A DNA stretch of 32,242 nucleotides, taken from sequence record SRR31156797_864; one strand, 5' to 3'. The notes beneath the pieces were generated by a model. The model had not been told where the DNA came from. It made no database searches and saw only the letters and a program-made list of their open reading frames with translations. A program made the translations under genes and the position numbers. Each line of letters begins with the position of its first letter. The stretch's first letter is position 1. Below, one piece after another: positions 19,983-30,456 of the stretch.

Positions 19983-20474
19983 ATGAAAAAACTAAGAAAA
20001 TTTCAAAAGGTTTGCGACATAATCGAATCATACGATTATAAGGCAGAGAAATTAATTCCAATCCTACAGGAAATACAGGATGAATACAGATATCTGCCGG
20101 AAGAGGTAATGAACTTCGTTGCGACATCACTAAACATCCCTCCAGCCAAAGTTTTTGGTGTAGCATCATTTTACTCACACTTCACTTTGGAGCCAAAGGG
20201 AAAATACGTCATTAAGATTTGTGACGGTACTGCTTGTCATGTAAAAAACTCTATGGGTGTGATGAAAGCAATGCAGGATAATTTGGGCTTGAGTGATGAA
20301 AAACACACAACAGACGATATGATGTTTACCATTGAGGTAGTTTCATGCCTTGGAACATGCGGTCTCGCACCTGCGATTATGGTAAACGACAAAGTGTATG
20401 GACTGCTTGATGCTGAAAAAGTAGTCAAAATCCTAGACGAGATCAGAGCAGCCGATAGCAGCAGCGAGGAGTAA
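19983..20474 (+). CDS. hydC: Bifurcating [FeFe]-hydrogenase subunit gamma (NuoE-like, 2Fe-2S)
   Basis: LIPILQ.IQ..Y.YLP, CDGTACH and CLGTCGLAP motifs. Confidence 0.92.
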   Translation: MKKLRKFQKVCDIIESYDYKAEKLIPILQEIQDEYRYLPEEVMNFVATSLNIPPAKVFGVASFYSHFTLEPKGKYVIKICDGTACHVKNSMGVMKAMQDNLGLSDEKHTTDDMMFTIEVVSCLGTCGLAPAIMVNDKVYGLLDAEKVVKILDEIRAADSSSEE

Positions 20475-20478
20475 TAAT

Positions 20479-22368
20479 ATGTGTTTAAGTTATAGAGAAA
20501 TAGAAAGTATTAAAAAAGAATACACAGATAATTCAAAAGATAATAGAAAGCGTATAGTACTGTGCGGCGGTACAGGCTGCATTGCAAATGGTTCACTAGT
20601 ACTTCGTGACAAATTTGTAGAAGTCTTAAATGAAAAGGGGATAGATGCAATAGTTAAGGTAGGCGGAGATAGCGGCGTACATGTATCAATCTCTGGATGT
20701 CAGGGCTTTTGTCAGAAGGGTCCTCTGGTTGCTATTTATCCTGCATCAACACTATATTGTGGTGTTAAGTTGGAAGATATTGAAGAAATCATTGAAACAT
20801 CTATAGTTAAGGATGAAGTTGTTGAAAGACTAGTGTACAAAACAGTAGAAGATGAGAAATCCTGCGAAACTTATAATGATATTCCATTCTACAAGGGTCA
20901 GCTGCGGATGGTTCTGGATAAATGCGGAAGAATTGATCCAGAAGATATTAATGAATATATTGCTCTTGGCGGATACAAGGGTGCCAAAGATGCATGTACG
21001 ACTCTAAAGGATACTGAAATCTGTAATATCATCTCTGATTCAGGACTAAAGGGCAGAGGCGGCGGCGGATTCCCTACAGGCTTAAAGTGGGACTTAACCC
21101 GCAAAAGTGAAAGCGAAAAAAAATACGTAATCTGTAATGGTGATGAGGGTGACCCGGGTGCATTTATGGACAGAAGCGTTATGGAAGGTAATCCTCACAG
21201 CGTAATCGAAGGTATGATTATCTGCGCTATGGCAATCGGTGCAGATGAGGGATATGTATACGTTCGTATGGAATACCCTCTTGCAGTTGAGAGAATGAAG
21301 CTGGCTGCAAAGCAGGCAGAGGAAGCTAAAGTGCTGGGAGACAATATATTCAACTCAGGGAAACACTTCAAACTAACTATTATGGAAGGTGCAGGAGCGT
21401 TCGTATGCGGTGAGGAAACAGCACTGATGTCATCCATTGAAGGCAAGCGTGGTATGCCTATGCCAAAGCCTCCATTCCCAGCGCAAAAGGGTCTTTTCGG
21501 TAAGCCAACAGTCATTAATAACGTAGAAACACTATCAACCGTACCACTTGTCATGGAATTAGGTGCTGATAAATACAAAGAAACGGGTGTAGATACTGCA
21601 ACTGGGACTAAGACATTTGCGATTACAGGTCATGTTGCTAATACTGGGCTTATTGAGGTACCATTTGGAACAACACTTCGTCAGATAATAGCAAATATTG
21701 CAGGTGGGGTAATTGATAAAAACGGAAAAGTAGACGGTTCGAATTTCAAGGCTGTTCAGATTGGCGGTCCATCAGGCGGCTGCCTGACACAGGAGCACTT
21801 GGATTTGCCATTAGATTATGATTCTCTGAAATCTGTTGGTGCAATGGTTGGTTCAGGAGGACTTGTAGTCATGAACCACGGAACATGCATGGTTGAGATG
21901 GCAAGATTCTTTATGCAGTTCACTCAGGCAGAATCATGCGGTAAATGTATTGTATGTCGTGAAGGAACAAAGCAGATGCTAAATCTTTTAACTGATATAA
22001 CTGAAGGCAGGGCAACTATGGAAACCCTTGACTTACTAGAGGAGCTGGCTAACGTTGTAAAGAATGGTTCCCTCTGCGGACTTGGCAAAACTGCTCCAAA
22101 TCCAGTATTGTCAATGCTTAAGTATTTCAGAGATGAATATGTAGAGCATATCGTTGACAAAAAATGCCGTGCAGGCGAATGCGATGCTCTGAAAGTATAT
22201 AAAATTCTGGACGATAAATGCATAGGATGTGGATTGTGTTCTAGAAAGTGTCCAGTTGGTGCAATTACAGGAGAAAAAAAGAAACCTCATACAATCGATG
22301 TAAGTAAGTGTATTAAGTGCGGTGCATGTATTGACGCCTGTAAGTTTAATGCAGTAATCACTGAATAA
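20479..22368 (+). CDS. hydB: Bifurcating [FeFe]-hydrogenase subunit beta (NuoF-like, FMN/NAD)
   Basis: N-terminal thioredoxin-like FeS domain, GRGGGGFPTG, NGDEGDPGAFMD, GAFVCGEETAL, GGPSGG, ESCGKC..CR and C-terminal 2x[4Fe-4S]. AFM, F and GGPSG are signatures associated with bifurcating enzymes. Confidence 0.93.
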   Translation: MCLSYREIESIKKEYTDNSKDNRKRIVLCGGTGCIANGSLVLRDKFVEVLNEKGIDAIVKVGGDSGVHVSISGCQGFCQKGPLVAIYPASTLYCGVKLEDIEEIIETSIVKDEVVERLVYKTVEDEKSCETYNDIPFYKGQLRMVLDKCGRIDPEDINEYIALGGYKGAKDACTTLKDTEICNIISDSGLKGRGGGGFPTGLKWDLTRKSESEKKYVICNGDEGDPGAFMDRSVMEGNPHSVIEGMIICAMAIGADEGYVYVRMEYPLAVERMKLAAKQAEEAKVLGDNIFNSGKHFKLTIMEGAGAFVCGEETALMSSIEGKRGMPMPKPPFPAQKGLFGKPTVINNVETLSTVPLVMELGADKYKETGVDTATGTKTFAITGHVANTGLIEVPFGTTLRQIIANIAGGVIDKNGKVDGSNFKAVQIGGPSGGCLTQEHLDLPLDYDSLKSVGAMVGSGGLVVMNHGTCMVEMARFFMQFTQAESCGKCIVCREGTKQMLNLLTDITEGRATMETLDLLEELANVVKNGSLCGLGKTAPNPVLSMLKYFRDEYVEHIVDKKCRAGECDALKVYKILDDKCIGCGLCSRKCPVGAITGEKKKPHTIDVSKCIKCGACIDACKFNAVITE

Positions 22369-22420
22369 TAGCTTTATAGGTAAGCTAATAAAACCTAAAT
22401 AAATAATAGGCAGTTAAGTT

Positions 22421-24424
22421 ATGAAAAATAATAATACATTAACAATTAATAATATGACAGTCCCTATTGAGGGAGAGAAAAATCTACTTGAAGTTATTAG
22501 GAAAGCAAAAATTGAATTACCTACATTCTGTTATCATTCAGAGATGAGTGTATATGGTTCATGTAGGCTGTGTACAGTAGAGATAGAAGGACGTGGTCTG
22601 CAGACTTCATGCTCAACTATTCCTCAGCCAGGGATGGTAGTCAGAACAAATACTCCGGAAGTCATGTCACTGCGAAAAATGATAGTTGAGTTGCTATTGG
22701 CATCTCACGTTGGTGACTGTCAGACATGTCAAAGCTCCACAAGCTGTCAGTTGCAGTCATTAGCACAGAGCGTAGGTCTTACCAAGGTTCGCTTCAATAA
22801 GAAAGAGGATATAGTACCAGTTGATTCCTCTTCACCAGCTATTTTGCGTGATCCAAACAAGTGTATCCTGTGTGGTGACTGCGTACGTATGTGTAATGAA
22901 ATACAGGGTGTAGGAGCTATAGACTTTGCATTCCGTGGTTCTGATACTACAGTTGCTCCCAGCTTCAATAAAGACTTAGGAGAAGTAGAGTGCGTTAACT
23001 GCGGACAATGCGTCAGGGTATGTCCAGTAGGTGCACTGGTACCTAAGTCAAATATCAGACAGGTATGGGATGCAATTAACAATCCCAATAAGCATGTAAT
23101 CGTTCAGGTTGCACCTGCTGTACGTGTATCAATCGGTGATGAGTTCGGTATGGAAGCAGGTACTATTAGTACTGGTCGCATGGTAGCGGCACTTAAGCGA
23201 ATGGGCTTTGATGGCGTATACGATACATCATATGCAGCTGACCTTACAATCTTTGAGGAAGCAAATGAATTTATCAACAGATATCAAAACAAAGAAAAGC
23301 TTCCAATCTTTACTTCCTGCTGTCCTGGCTGGGTAAAGTTTGCAGAGCAGTATTATCCTGAATTTTTGCCGAATCTGTCAAGCTGTAAATCACCACAGCA
23401 AATGTTTGGAGCTCTGACCAAGAAGCAGATTATTGATGAAAAAGGCTTAAATCCTGATGATGTAATTGTTGTATCAGTCATGCCATGTACAGCGAAGAAA
23501 TTCGAGTGTGACAGAGAAGAGATGACATCTAAATATGGTAAAGACGTGGATATAGTAATTACTACTCAGGAACTAGCACTGATGATTAAGGAACTAGGCT
23601 TGAAATTCAGCCAATTAGAGCAGGCTTCCTTTGACATGCCTTACGGTTTCAAGACTGGCGGCGGAGTAATATTCGGTAATTCAGGCGGTGTTTCAGAGGC
23701 TGCTATCCGCTATGCTGCTGAAAAAATCACAGGCATAAAAAGCGAGAACTATGTAGTAAATGCAGTTCGTGGTGATGAACCTATTCGTGAGGCAAACATC
23801 AAAGCAGGTGATTTAGACTTCAAATTCGCAGTTGTCTCAGGACTTGGCAATGCTCATAAAGTAATGCAGGACATAAGAGACGGCATTGCGGATTACGATT
23901 TTGTGGAAATCATGGCATGCCCCGGCGGATGTATCAATGGCGGCGGTCAAATAGTATCTGATGACAGCGATGTAAAGAAAAAGAGAACAGACGGACTGTA
24001 TGACAATGATAAAATGCTTCAATTGCATAATTCACAGGAAAATCCGTATGTGAATGATTTATACGAAAAGCTATTAAAAGCACCTAACTCACATATGGCA
24101 CATGAACTGCTGCATACCACCTATCAAAATAGAAAAAGAATTGCATCAGAGGGTGTAACATTAGGCGAAAGTCATGGTCCTGATGCAATGAAAGTATCAA
24201 TATGTTTTGGCACATCCTGCTTTATAAAGGGTTCACAAAAGCTCCTGCAGGCAATCACAGACTTTATCCATGAAAATGGTATTGAGGAAAGGATTGAAGT
24301 CTTGGCAACATTCTGCTTCGAAGAATGCGACCACGGTCCTGTAATCAAAGTAGGCGATGAATTAATACAGAAGTGTACTGAAGAAATGGCAATAAAAGCC
24401 ATCAAGAAAGAGTTGAAAATCTAG
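22421..24424 (+). CDS. hydA: [FeFe]-hydrogenase catalytic subunit (group A3) with a C-terminal thioredoxin-like 2Fe-2S domain
   Basis: H-cluster motifs TSCCPGW, MPCTAKKFE and EIMACPGGCINGGGQ; N-terminal FeS domains; C-terminal CFGTSC...CFEEC. Confidence 0.95.
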   Translation: MKNNNTLTINNMTVPIEGEKNLLEVIRKAKIELPTFCYHSEMSVYGSCRLCTVEIEGRGLQTSCSTIPQPGMVVRTNTPEVMSLRKMIVELLLASHVGDCQTCQSSTSCQLQSLAQSVGLTKVRFNKKEDIVPVDSSSPAILRDPNKCILCGDCVRMCNEIQGVGAIDFAFRGSDTTVAPSFNKDLGEVECVNCGQCVRVCPVGALVPKSNIRQVWDAINNPNKHVIVQVAPAVRVSIGDEFGMEAGTISTGRMVAALKRMGFDGVYDTSYAADLTIFEEANEFINRYQNKEKLPIFTSCCPGWVKFAEQYYPEFLPNLSSCKSPQQMFGALTKKQIIDEKGLNPDDVIVVSVMPCTAKKFECDREEMTSKYGKDVDIVITTQELALMIKELGLKFSQLEQASFDMPYGFKTGGGVIFGNSGGVSEAAIRYAAEKITGIKSENYVVNAVRGDEPIREANIKAGDLDFKFAVVSGLGNAHKVMQDIRDGIADYDFVEIMACPGGCINGGGQIVSDDSDVKKKRTDGLYDNDKMLQLHNSQENPYVNDLYEKLLKAPNSHMAHELLHTTYQNRKRIASEGVTLGESHGPDAMKVSICFGTSCFIKGSQKLLQAITDFIHENGIEERIEVLATFCFEECDHGPVIKVGDELIQKCTEEMAIKAIKKELKI

Positions 24425-24439
24425 TTTTCCCCCTTATAC

Positions 24440-24462
24440 AGGCTGCTCTTAATGGGCAGCCT
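24440..24462 (+). terminator. GC-rich hairpin after hydA (terminator or mRNA-stabilising stem)
   Basis: AGGCTGCTC-ttaat-GGGCAGCCT. No U-tract follows, so termination may be weak. Confidence 0.45.
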
Positions 24463-24545
24463 ACTAAACAAACACCTTAAACTTGTTTATATCAGCATTA
24501 TATGTATAATGCTAGTATAAGCAATGTATACATTTGGAGGCAATT

Positions 24546-26261
24546 ATGAGTACACGCTCTTCAACAGATATTATAAAAACAGCCAAGGCAAAATGCCGCG
24601 ACTGCTACAAATGCGTCCGTGCATGTCCTGTAAAGGCTATTGGCATAAAGGATAATCAAGCATATATCGACACAGAGAAATGCATTTTGTGCGGCACTTG
24701 TGTTCGTGAATGCCCTCAGCATGCCAAGCGATATAGAATGGATATCGAAAATATCCGTGAACTACTTCATAATAATAAAGTAATTGCTACAGTTGCTCCT
24801 TCATTTGCCGGGGTTTACAACGGCTGGAAAGCGAAGCATTTCGCCTCCGCACTTCGTAAGCTGGGTTTCTTTCGTGTAGAGGAAACCAGTATAGGTGCAG
24901 ATATAGTAGCCAAGGAAAGCATACATGCTATTAAGGATAATGACTACGGCGGTGTGTGCTCAGCCTGCCCTGTTGTAGTCAGCTATGTGGAAAAGTATTT
25001 AAGCGATAATATTGATATACTAACCCCTGTAGTGTCGCCAATGATAGCTCATGGAATGAAGATAAAAAAGAATCATCCTGATGTAAAGGTAGTATTCATC
25101 GGACCATGTATTGCAAAAAAACATGAAGCTGAACTTCCAAAATACAGCGGTATTATTGACGGTGTAATTACTTTTGAAGAATTAGATTTATGGCTTAAAC
25201 AGGAAGAAATCAAGCTAAAAGACTGCCCTGAATCAAACTTTGATGGGATTGGAAAAACAAGAGGCGCAAAGCTATTCGCTCTGCCAGGTGGTCTATTGGA
25301 AACAGCAGGAATTTCAAATAATCTTCTAAGCCCTGCAGTACTTCACACTAGCGGACCAGAGAATACTATTATGCTTCTAAACGCCGCTCTGTCATCCAAT
25401 GAAATGGAAGTAATTGAGCCTCTCTTCTGTGAAGGAGGATGTATAAACGGAGCAGGAATTGATGCTGAAACTAATATTTTTGAGCGACGCGGTGCAATTA
25501 TCCACTATGCAAAAAACAGCAGTGAGATTGAACCAGAAAATGTTATTACTGGCGAAATAGCAACTGCTACTAATTTCAATCCTGAATATATTAAAACTCG
25601 TGAAATCTCTGAACAGCAGATAAATGAGTATTTTGAAAAAACTGGCAAGGCAGATCCTGCCCAGAGACTTGACTGCTCTGCCTGTGGTTACAAAAACTGC
25701 AGAGAGAATGCAATAGCTGTACTTAGCGGTATGGCTGAGCCGACTATGTGCTTGCCTTATGTTCGTTCGTTGTCAAAGAAGAAAATGGACAAGATATTAG
25801 AATCTTCACCAAATGGAATAGTTGTTCTGGATGAATCCCTTACAATTGTATCTATGAATTCATCATTCAGAAAGTATTTCCTATGCTCGGATACAATTAT
25901 CGGTAAAGAATTATCATACCTTTGCGATGACAGTAATTACAAAAAACTCCGTGAATTAAACACTGGTGAAAGAGAGAATTCCAAAAGAAAATCAGTAATA
26001 AAGTGTTATGGAAAGCAGTTTCACAATATTGTATACTATCTGCCAAATGATAAAGAATACGTAGGTATTTATGTCGATATTTCTGAAGTTGCCTTAACGG
26101 AGGAAAAGCTATCTGCTATGAGAGAAAAGACCATAGCACAAGTTGAGAAGCTCCTCCAGCACCAAGTAGATATGGCACAAAAAATGACCATGTTCTTAGG
26201 TGAATCAACAGCCGAAAGCGAAGTTCTGATAGAAGCATTAATAAACGAAAGCAGTGATTAA
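24546..26261 (+). CDS. hydS: Putative sensory [FeFe]-hydrogenase (group C) with a C-terminal PAS domain
   Basis: N-terminal 2x[4Fe-4S]; variant H-cluster motifs CSACPVVV, GPCIAKKHE and EPLFCEGGCING; C.ACGY..C FeS domain; PAS (ILESSPNGIVVLD). GGAGG RBS before ATG 24546. Confidence 0.88.
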   Translation: MSTRSSTDIIKTAKAKCRDCYKCVRACPVKAIGIKDNQAYIDTEKCILCGTCVRECPQHAKRYRMDIENIRELLHNNKVIATVAPSFAGVYNGWKAKHFASALRKLGFFRVEETSIGADIVAKESIHAIKDNDYGGVCSACPVVVSYVEKYLSDNIDILTPVVSPMIAHGMKIKKNHPDVKVVFIGPCIAKKHEAELPKYSGIIDGVITFEELDLWLKQEEIKLKDCPESNFDGIGKTRGAKLFALPGGLLETAGISNNLLSPAVLHTSGPENTIMLLNAALSSNEMEVIEPLFCEGGCINGAGIDAETNIFERRGAIIHYAKNSSEIEPENVITGEIATATNFNPEYIKTREISEQQINEYFEKTGKADPAQRLDCSACGYKNCRENAIAVLSGMAEPTMCLPYVRSLSKKKMDKILESSPNGIVVLDESLTIVSMNSSFRKYFLCSDTIIGKELSYLCDDSNYKKLRELNTGERENSKRKSVIKCYGKQFHNIVYYLPNDKEYVGIYVDISEVALTEEKLSAMREKTIAQVEKLLQHQVDMAQKMTMFLGESTAESEVLIEALINESSD

Positions 26262-27432
26262 GATGCCGTTAGGTAATTCCATTGAAAAAACATTATATGT
26301 TGACTGCATAGTAGAAAGCGAGAATAAGAAGCTGAATCCTGTCTGTGGTGACTACACAATGATTAAACGCTACAAGGATCATACAGATTTCATACTATGC
26401 GACGGTATGGGCTCAGGACCAAAGGCAAATATGTATGCAGTGCTGTGTGCTTCTAGGATACTTAAGCTCTTAGAAGCTGGAGTGAGCCTGAAGCAGGCTG
26501 TCAAAAAAACCGTTGAAGTAATGCATAAGGCACGTACGGAAAGTGCTCCATTTGCAGCATTCTCACTTATTCGCATACAAAAAAACGGACAATACACTAT
26601 TCTATCCTACGAAATACCTGAACCTATAATGGTTTACAATGGATACGCTGAGGTAATACCCCAGAAGCACTACCCTCTAGCTAATGAAATAATAGCTGAA
26701 TCAAGCGGAGTGTTCCCCAAAGGCGGATACATCATTCTGTGCTGCGATGGAGTCACTCAAGCTGGACTTGGAATTATAAAACCCTTAGGATGGGGTATTG
26801 ATGGTTTTTGCCGCTACCTGAACAAATACTTAGGACGTGGATACGATGTCCAGAAACTATTGAAGTCAACAATTGATCATACATACAGATTATCAAACAA
26901 TAAATATCAGGATGATACTACAATTGCATGCCTTTCAGTAAGAGAAGCAAAAACAGTAAATATACTAACAGGACCTCCCCATGATAAATCAATGGACAAG
27001 GAATTCGTGAATAACTTCATTAATCAGGAGGGACAAAAACTGATATGCGGATCTACAACATTGGAGATTGCCGGACGTGAGCTGAATGAAGAAATCAAGA
27101 TACTGAACTTAGGAAAGGGATTCAACGAACCTCCAAAGTACAGCATAGAAGGAATTGACGTTGCCAGTGAAGGGGCTGTTACTCTCAATCAGGTATATAA
27201 TCTGCTGGATATTGATGAGAGTCTTCTGACAGGCGGTACTGTAGTTTTTGATATTGCAAAAGCTTTGCTTTCCAGCGATATTATTAAATTCTATGTTGGT
27301 ACAGCAACAAATGATGCGCACAGCGATTTGACTTTTAAACAGTTAGGGGTAATGGAGCGGCAAAAGGTCATAATGCATATAGTGGATAAACTAATTGAAT
27401 TAGGAAAAGTCGTAGATATTAAATACTATTAA
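26254..27432 (+). CDS. SpoIIE/PP2C-family Ser/Thr phosphatase of the type found next to HydS
   Basis: VCGD, LCDGMGSG.KAN, CDGVTQAGLG and DDTT motifs; C-terminal TGPP...CG.TT domain; overlaps hydS. Confidence 0.85.
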   Translation: MIKMPLGNSIEKTLYVDCIVESENKKLNPVCGDYTMIKRYKDHTDFILCDGMGSGPKANMYAVLCASRILKLLEAGVSLKQAVKKTVEVMHKARTESAPFAAFSLIRIQKNGQYTILSYEIPEPIMVYNGYAEVIPQKHYPLANEIIAESSGVFPKGGYIILCCDGVTQAGLGIIKPLGWGIDGFCRYLNKYLGRGYDVQKLLKSTIDHTYRLSNNKYQDDTTIACLSVREAKTVNILTGPPHDKSMDKEFVNNFINQEGQKLICGSTTLEIAGRELNEEIKILNLGKGFNEPPKYSIEGIDVASEGAVTLNQVYNLLDIDESLLTGGTVVFDIAKALLSSDIIKFYVGTATNDAHSDLTFKQLGVMERQKVIMHIVDKLIELGKVVDIKYY

Positions 27433-27508
27433 TACATCTTTTGTTATTCGCATAAAATAAAAAATATGTTACAATTTATAAACTACAATATTCAATGTGA
27501 GAAAACAA

Positions 27509-27985
27509 ATGAGCAAAGTACAAAAAGTATTAGATTATTTAGCCCTGTATATTAATAAGCCAGACTTTAATGAAATGCACTACATGTATTTAATGCACAT
27601 GCATGGCGTAGCTGACTTCGCATCAATGATTGCCTTAAGACGGGGATTAGACAGCGAAATAGCTATTATCTCAGCACTCCTCCACGATATTCACACTCTT
27701 ACTACATTGGACTCTGCAAAACATGCAAAAAGAGGTGCTGTATTGGCTAGAAAAATCCTATCTGAACTAAATATAGTAAATCGACAAGAATTGGATATCA
27801 TATGCTCTGCAATTCATAATCACAGCAACAAAAAGGACGTTCATTCACCCTATGACGAATTGCTTAAGGATGCTGACGTCCTACATCATTGTCTGTATGA
27901 TACAAGTTTTCCTCCATCTCAAAAGGATAAAAAACGATTTAAATCTTTAGCAAAGGAATTTTCACTTTCTAATCCTAAATATTGA
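27509..27985 (+). CDS. HD-domain metal-dependent phosphohydrolase
   Basis: H..GV, ALLHDI, HA..GA, AI.NHS and LKDAD motifs. ATG 27509 is preferred over GTG 27497. Confidence 0.88.
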   Translation: MSKVQKVLDYLALYINKPDFNEMHYMYLMHMHGVADFASMIALRRGLDSEIAIISALLHDIHTLTTLDSAKHAKRGAVLARKILSELNIVNRQELDIICSAIHNHSNKKDVHSPYDELLKDADVLHHCLYDTSFPPSQKDKKRFKSLAKEFSLSNPKY

Positions 27986-28055
27986 AAATCATGTACAAAA
28001 AAAGAAAATTCTGATAAAATAAGTATATTAATTTACATTTATAAAAGAGGTTATT

Positions 28056-29006
28056 ATGATTAAGAAATCCTTTCAAACAATATTTAGAAACCGTACAGTA
28101 CTAATTGGTTTTGCAATATTAATAATAATACCAACAGTTCTCTATATGGCAATGCTATTTTCTGTAACTCCTACATGGTTGGAAACATTAATCAACATTG
28201 ATAATGCTACTGAAGCAGAAATACTACAATTCATCGGTGTTTATTTTGCATTTATATCTGCCAGCATGCTGATAACGTTAATAGTTATGGTACTTGGATT
28301 AAGCCCCCTACTCCACTATATAGGTGAAGTTTGTCAGGGTATTGATACTAAAGGCTGGTATAAACGAGGGTTAAAAAAGTGCTGGTGGCGTTTATTGGTC
28401 TATAATATTATCGCAACTATATCGATAATTCCTATAATGATTTTATCAATGATTTTTGTACTTCTAATACCTTTTGCAGGCATAATTCTGTATTTTCTGT
28501 TACTGATTGCATGGACTGTATATATGACTATAGGTTTAAATATTGTAATAGTAGAAAATAATTTCGGCAGAGCGTTAGGCGATATTTTCAGAGTAGGTAC
28601 GAAATATTTTTTCAAAATGTTAGGAGTCACTATTGTAGGATATCTGCCAACCATAGCATTATCATTTATCCCTATGATCTTTATGCCTATAACAAACTAT
28701 ACAGAAAGTTTTAATGAAACTTCATTTATGACTACTGACATCTTGATAATATATGCATTTACAATGTTTTTTGTGGGTGTGTACAATGTATTTTTTATTC
28801 CATTTCTTATGACATATAATACATATAATTACCTGAAATATCGAGATCTTGTACAACGTCCACAATACAATATACCAAACCAAAGTCAACAAAATCATCA
28901 GGGCTCTTCAATTAATACATTGGCTGAACCTCAGCAAACTATACCAAATGAAGCATCTGATACGGATAAACCTCAGAATACAAACGAAAAGGAATCTGAG
29001 GATTAA
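28056..29006 (+). CDS. Hypothetical polytopic membrane protein with a Q/N/E-rich disordered C-terminal tail
   Basis: About 6 hydrophobic segments; AGAGG RBS. Confidence 0.75.
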   Translation: MIKKSFQTIFRNRTVLIGFAILIIIPTVLYMAMLFSVTPTWLETLINIDNATEAEILQFIGVYFAFISASMLITLIVMVLGLSPLLHYIGEVCQGIDTKGWYKRGLKKCWWRLLVYNIIATISIIPIMILSMIFVLLIPFAGIILYFLLLIAWTVYMTIGLNIVIVENNFGRALGDIFRVGTKYFFKMLGVTIVGYLPTIALSFIPMIFMPITNYTESFNETSFMTTDILIIYAFTMFFVGVYNVFFIPFLMTYNTYNYLKYRDLVQRPQYNIPNQSQQNHQGSSINTLAEPQQTIPNEASDTDKPQNTNEKESED

Positions 29007-29072
29007 GATACACCATATGTAATAAATGAAGTATAATAAACCATTTTAGTAGTTTTATATTATTGAAAAGAC

Positions 29073-29097
29073 AGGGCTGGCATTCGCCAGCCCTTTG
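29073..29097. terminator. Terminator between convergent genes
   Basis: AGGGCTGGC-attc-GCCAGCCCT followed by TT. Confidence 0.75.
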
Positions 29098-29167
29098 TAG
29101 TGTATAATATCTTTAGGAAATAAATTTTATAATATTCGTACATTAATTCTATACTAATTCATCAATA

Positions 29168-29614
29168 TCATTGAGGAAACACTGAATGCTTTTCTTTAAT
29201 AGTAGATAGAGCAACTATTGTCTTAGTCCGCAGGAATTCGTGAGTATTTCTGATTCTTGATATCAATTGTTCCAATGACAATGTATCTTTTGTTACAATC
29301 TGAATCATATAGTCAAAATCACCTGTTAAATAATAACATGCTAATATATCATTCTCTCTGTTAATCATATCTTTAAAATTATCCGATGCTCCAGTATTGC
29401 GCAATGTTAAGAACATAAACGCCTGAAGGTTCTTGCCCAAAACCTGCGGCTCCAGAATAGTAGTGAACTCACGTATAAGTCCGCTGGCTATCATTTTGTT
29501 AATGCGTTCTTTTGTTGCCGGTGCAGATAAACTTACTTTTTTACTGATATCGTTGACCGGTGTTCTACTATTCTTTTTTAGAATATTTAGGATTTTTACA
29601 TCTGTTATGTCCAT
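29168..29614 (-). CDS. Lrp/AsnC family transcriptional regulator
   Basis: MD.TD.KIL..L..NSR......S..V.LS.PA..ERI HTH and CY.LTGDFDY. AAGGAG RBS before ATG 29614. Confidence 0.92.
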   Translation of the reverse strand: MDITDVKILNILKKNSRTPVNDISKKVSLSAPATKERINKMIASGLIREFTTILEPQVLGKNLQAFMFLTLRNTGASDNFKDMINRENDILACYYLTGDFDYMIQIVTKDTLSLEQLISRIRNTHEFLRTKTIVALSTIKEKHSVFPQ

Positions 29615-29848
29615 TATCTTCTCCTTGAATATATTATAATACAAACTTCTTAAAAGTTAATATGTTTGGAACAATTAACTTATATATTAAAGTATAGCAT
29701 ATATTTTAGTAGAACAATGAACATAATATTAAATATTGATTAATTATATTAAGTTGCACTATAAATGATACAATTTGATGTTCTAATGGATAATAGTGCA
29801 AAACAATGATAAAATAAAATAAAAATATTAGTAGGGAGAAAAATTACA

Positions 29849-30214
29849 GTGGAACAAATTATCAGAAAATGTTTTAGGGCATGGATTGATAAAGATATTG
29901 AAGTGATTAAACGATACTTTGCAGATAACATTACTTATACTGAGTGCTATGGACCAGTTTATTTAGGCAAGACACAATGCCTCATATGGTTTGAAGATTG
30001 GAATAGAGACAATTCTGTGCTGGTATGGGACATAAAGAGAATAATAGAAAATGATAGTACTTGTATTGTTGAATGGTACTTCGAATGTAACTTCGAGGGG
30101 AATATTGCAGGATTTGATGGGGTTAGTATATTTGAATTTAATGAGGATATGCTGATTACATCAGTTAAGGAATTTCAGAGTAAGAGTGAGCATGTATATC
30201 CTTATGGGGAGTAA
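29849..30214 (+). CDS. NTF2/SnoaL-like protein
   Basis: F....Y.ECYGP.Y.G......WF..WN, VEWYF.C and FDGVS motifs; GGGAG RBS. Confidence 0.85.
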   Translation: MEQIIRKCFRAWIDKDIEVIKRYFADNITYTECYGPVYLGKTQCLIWFEDWNRDNSVLVWDIKRIIENDSTCIVEWYFECNFEGNIAGFDGVSIFEFNEDMLITSVKEFQSKSEHVYPYGE

Positions 30215-30456
30215 GAGGATGATTATAATTTAGCTGTATGTGGAACAATTACAACTTTGACATTCACTACTTATGAGCTATTTAGCTATGATGAATCTGA
30301 TATACCAACTTAAAAAGCAAACAGTGGCTTATTGTGTTTACAGAGAATACAGTAATTATTGATGCACTACAATATTCATTTAATTATAAAATTTTTATGC
30401 CGTGGTTAGATTAACGCACAATATAGATAAATTCAAAAAATTAAAGGAGTAGATAA

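Noticed and set aside
1669-29931. Numerous 60-140 aa ORFs in the track that overlap larger genes on the opposite strand or in another frame (for example 2337-2588, 6787-7122, 12089-12514, 17484-17867, 21195-21578)
   Set aside because: Shadow ORFs of well-supported genes, with no recognisable motifs or convincing RBS.
30215-30313. Open frame continuing after the NTF2-like gene stop
   Set aside because: The NTF2-like protein already appears complete and the extension resembles nothing recognisable.
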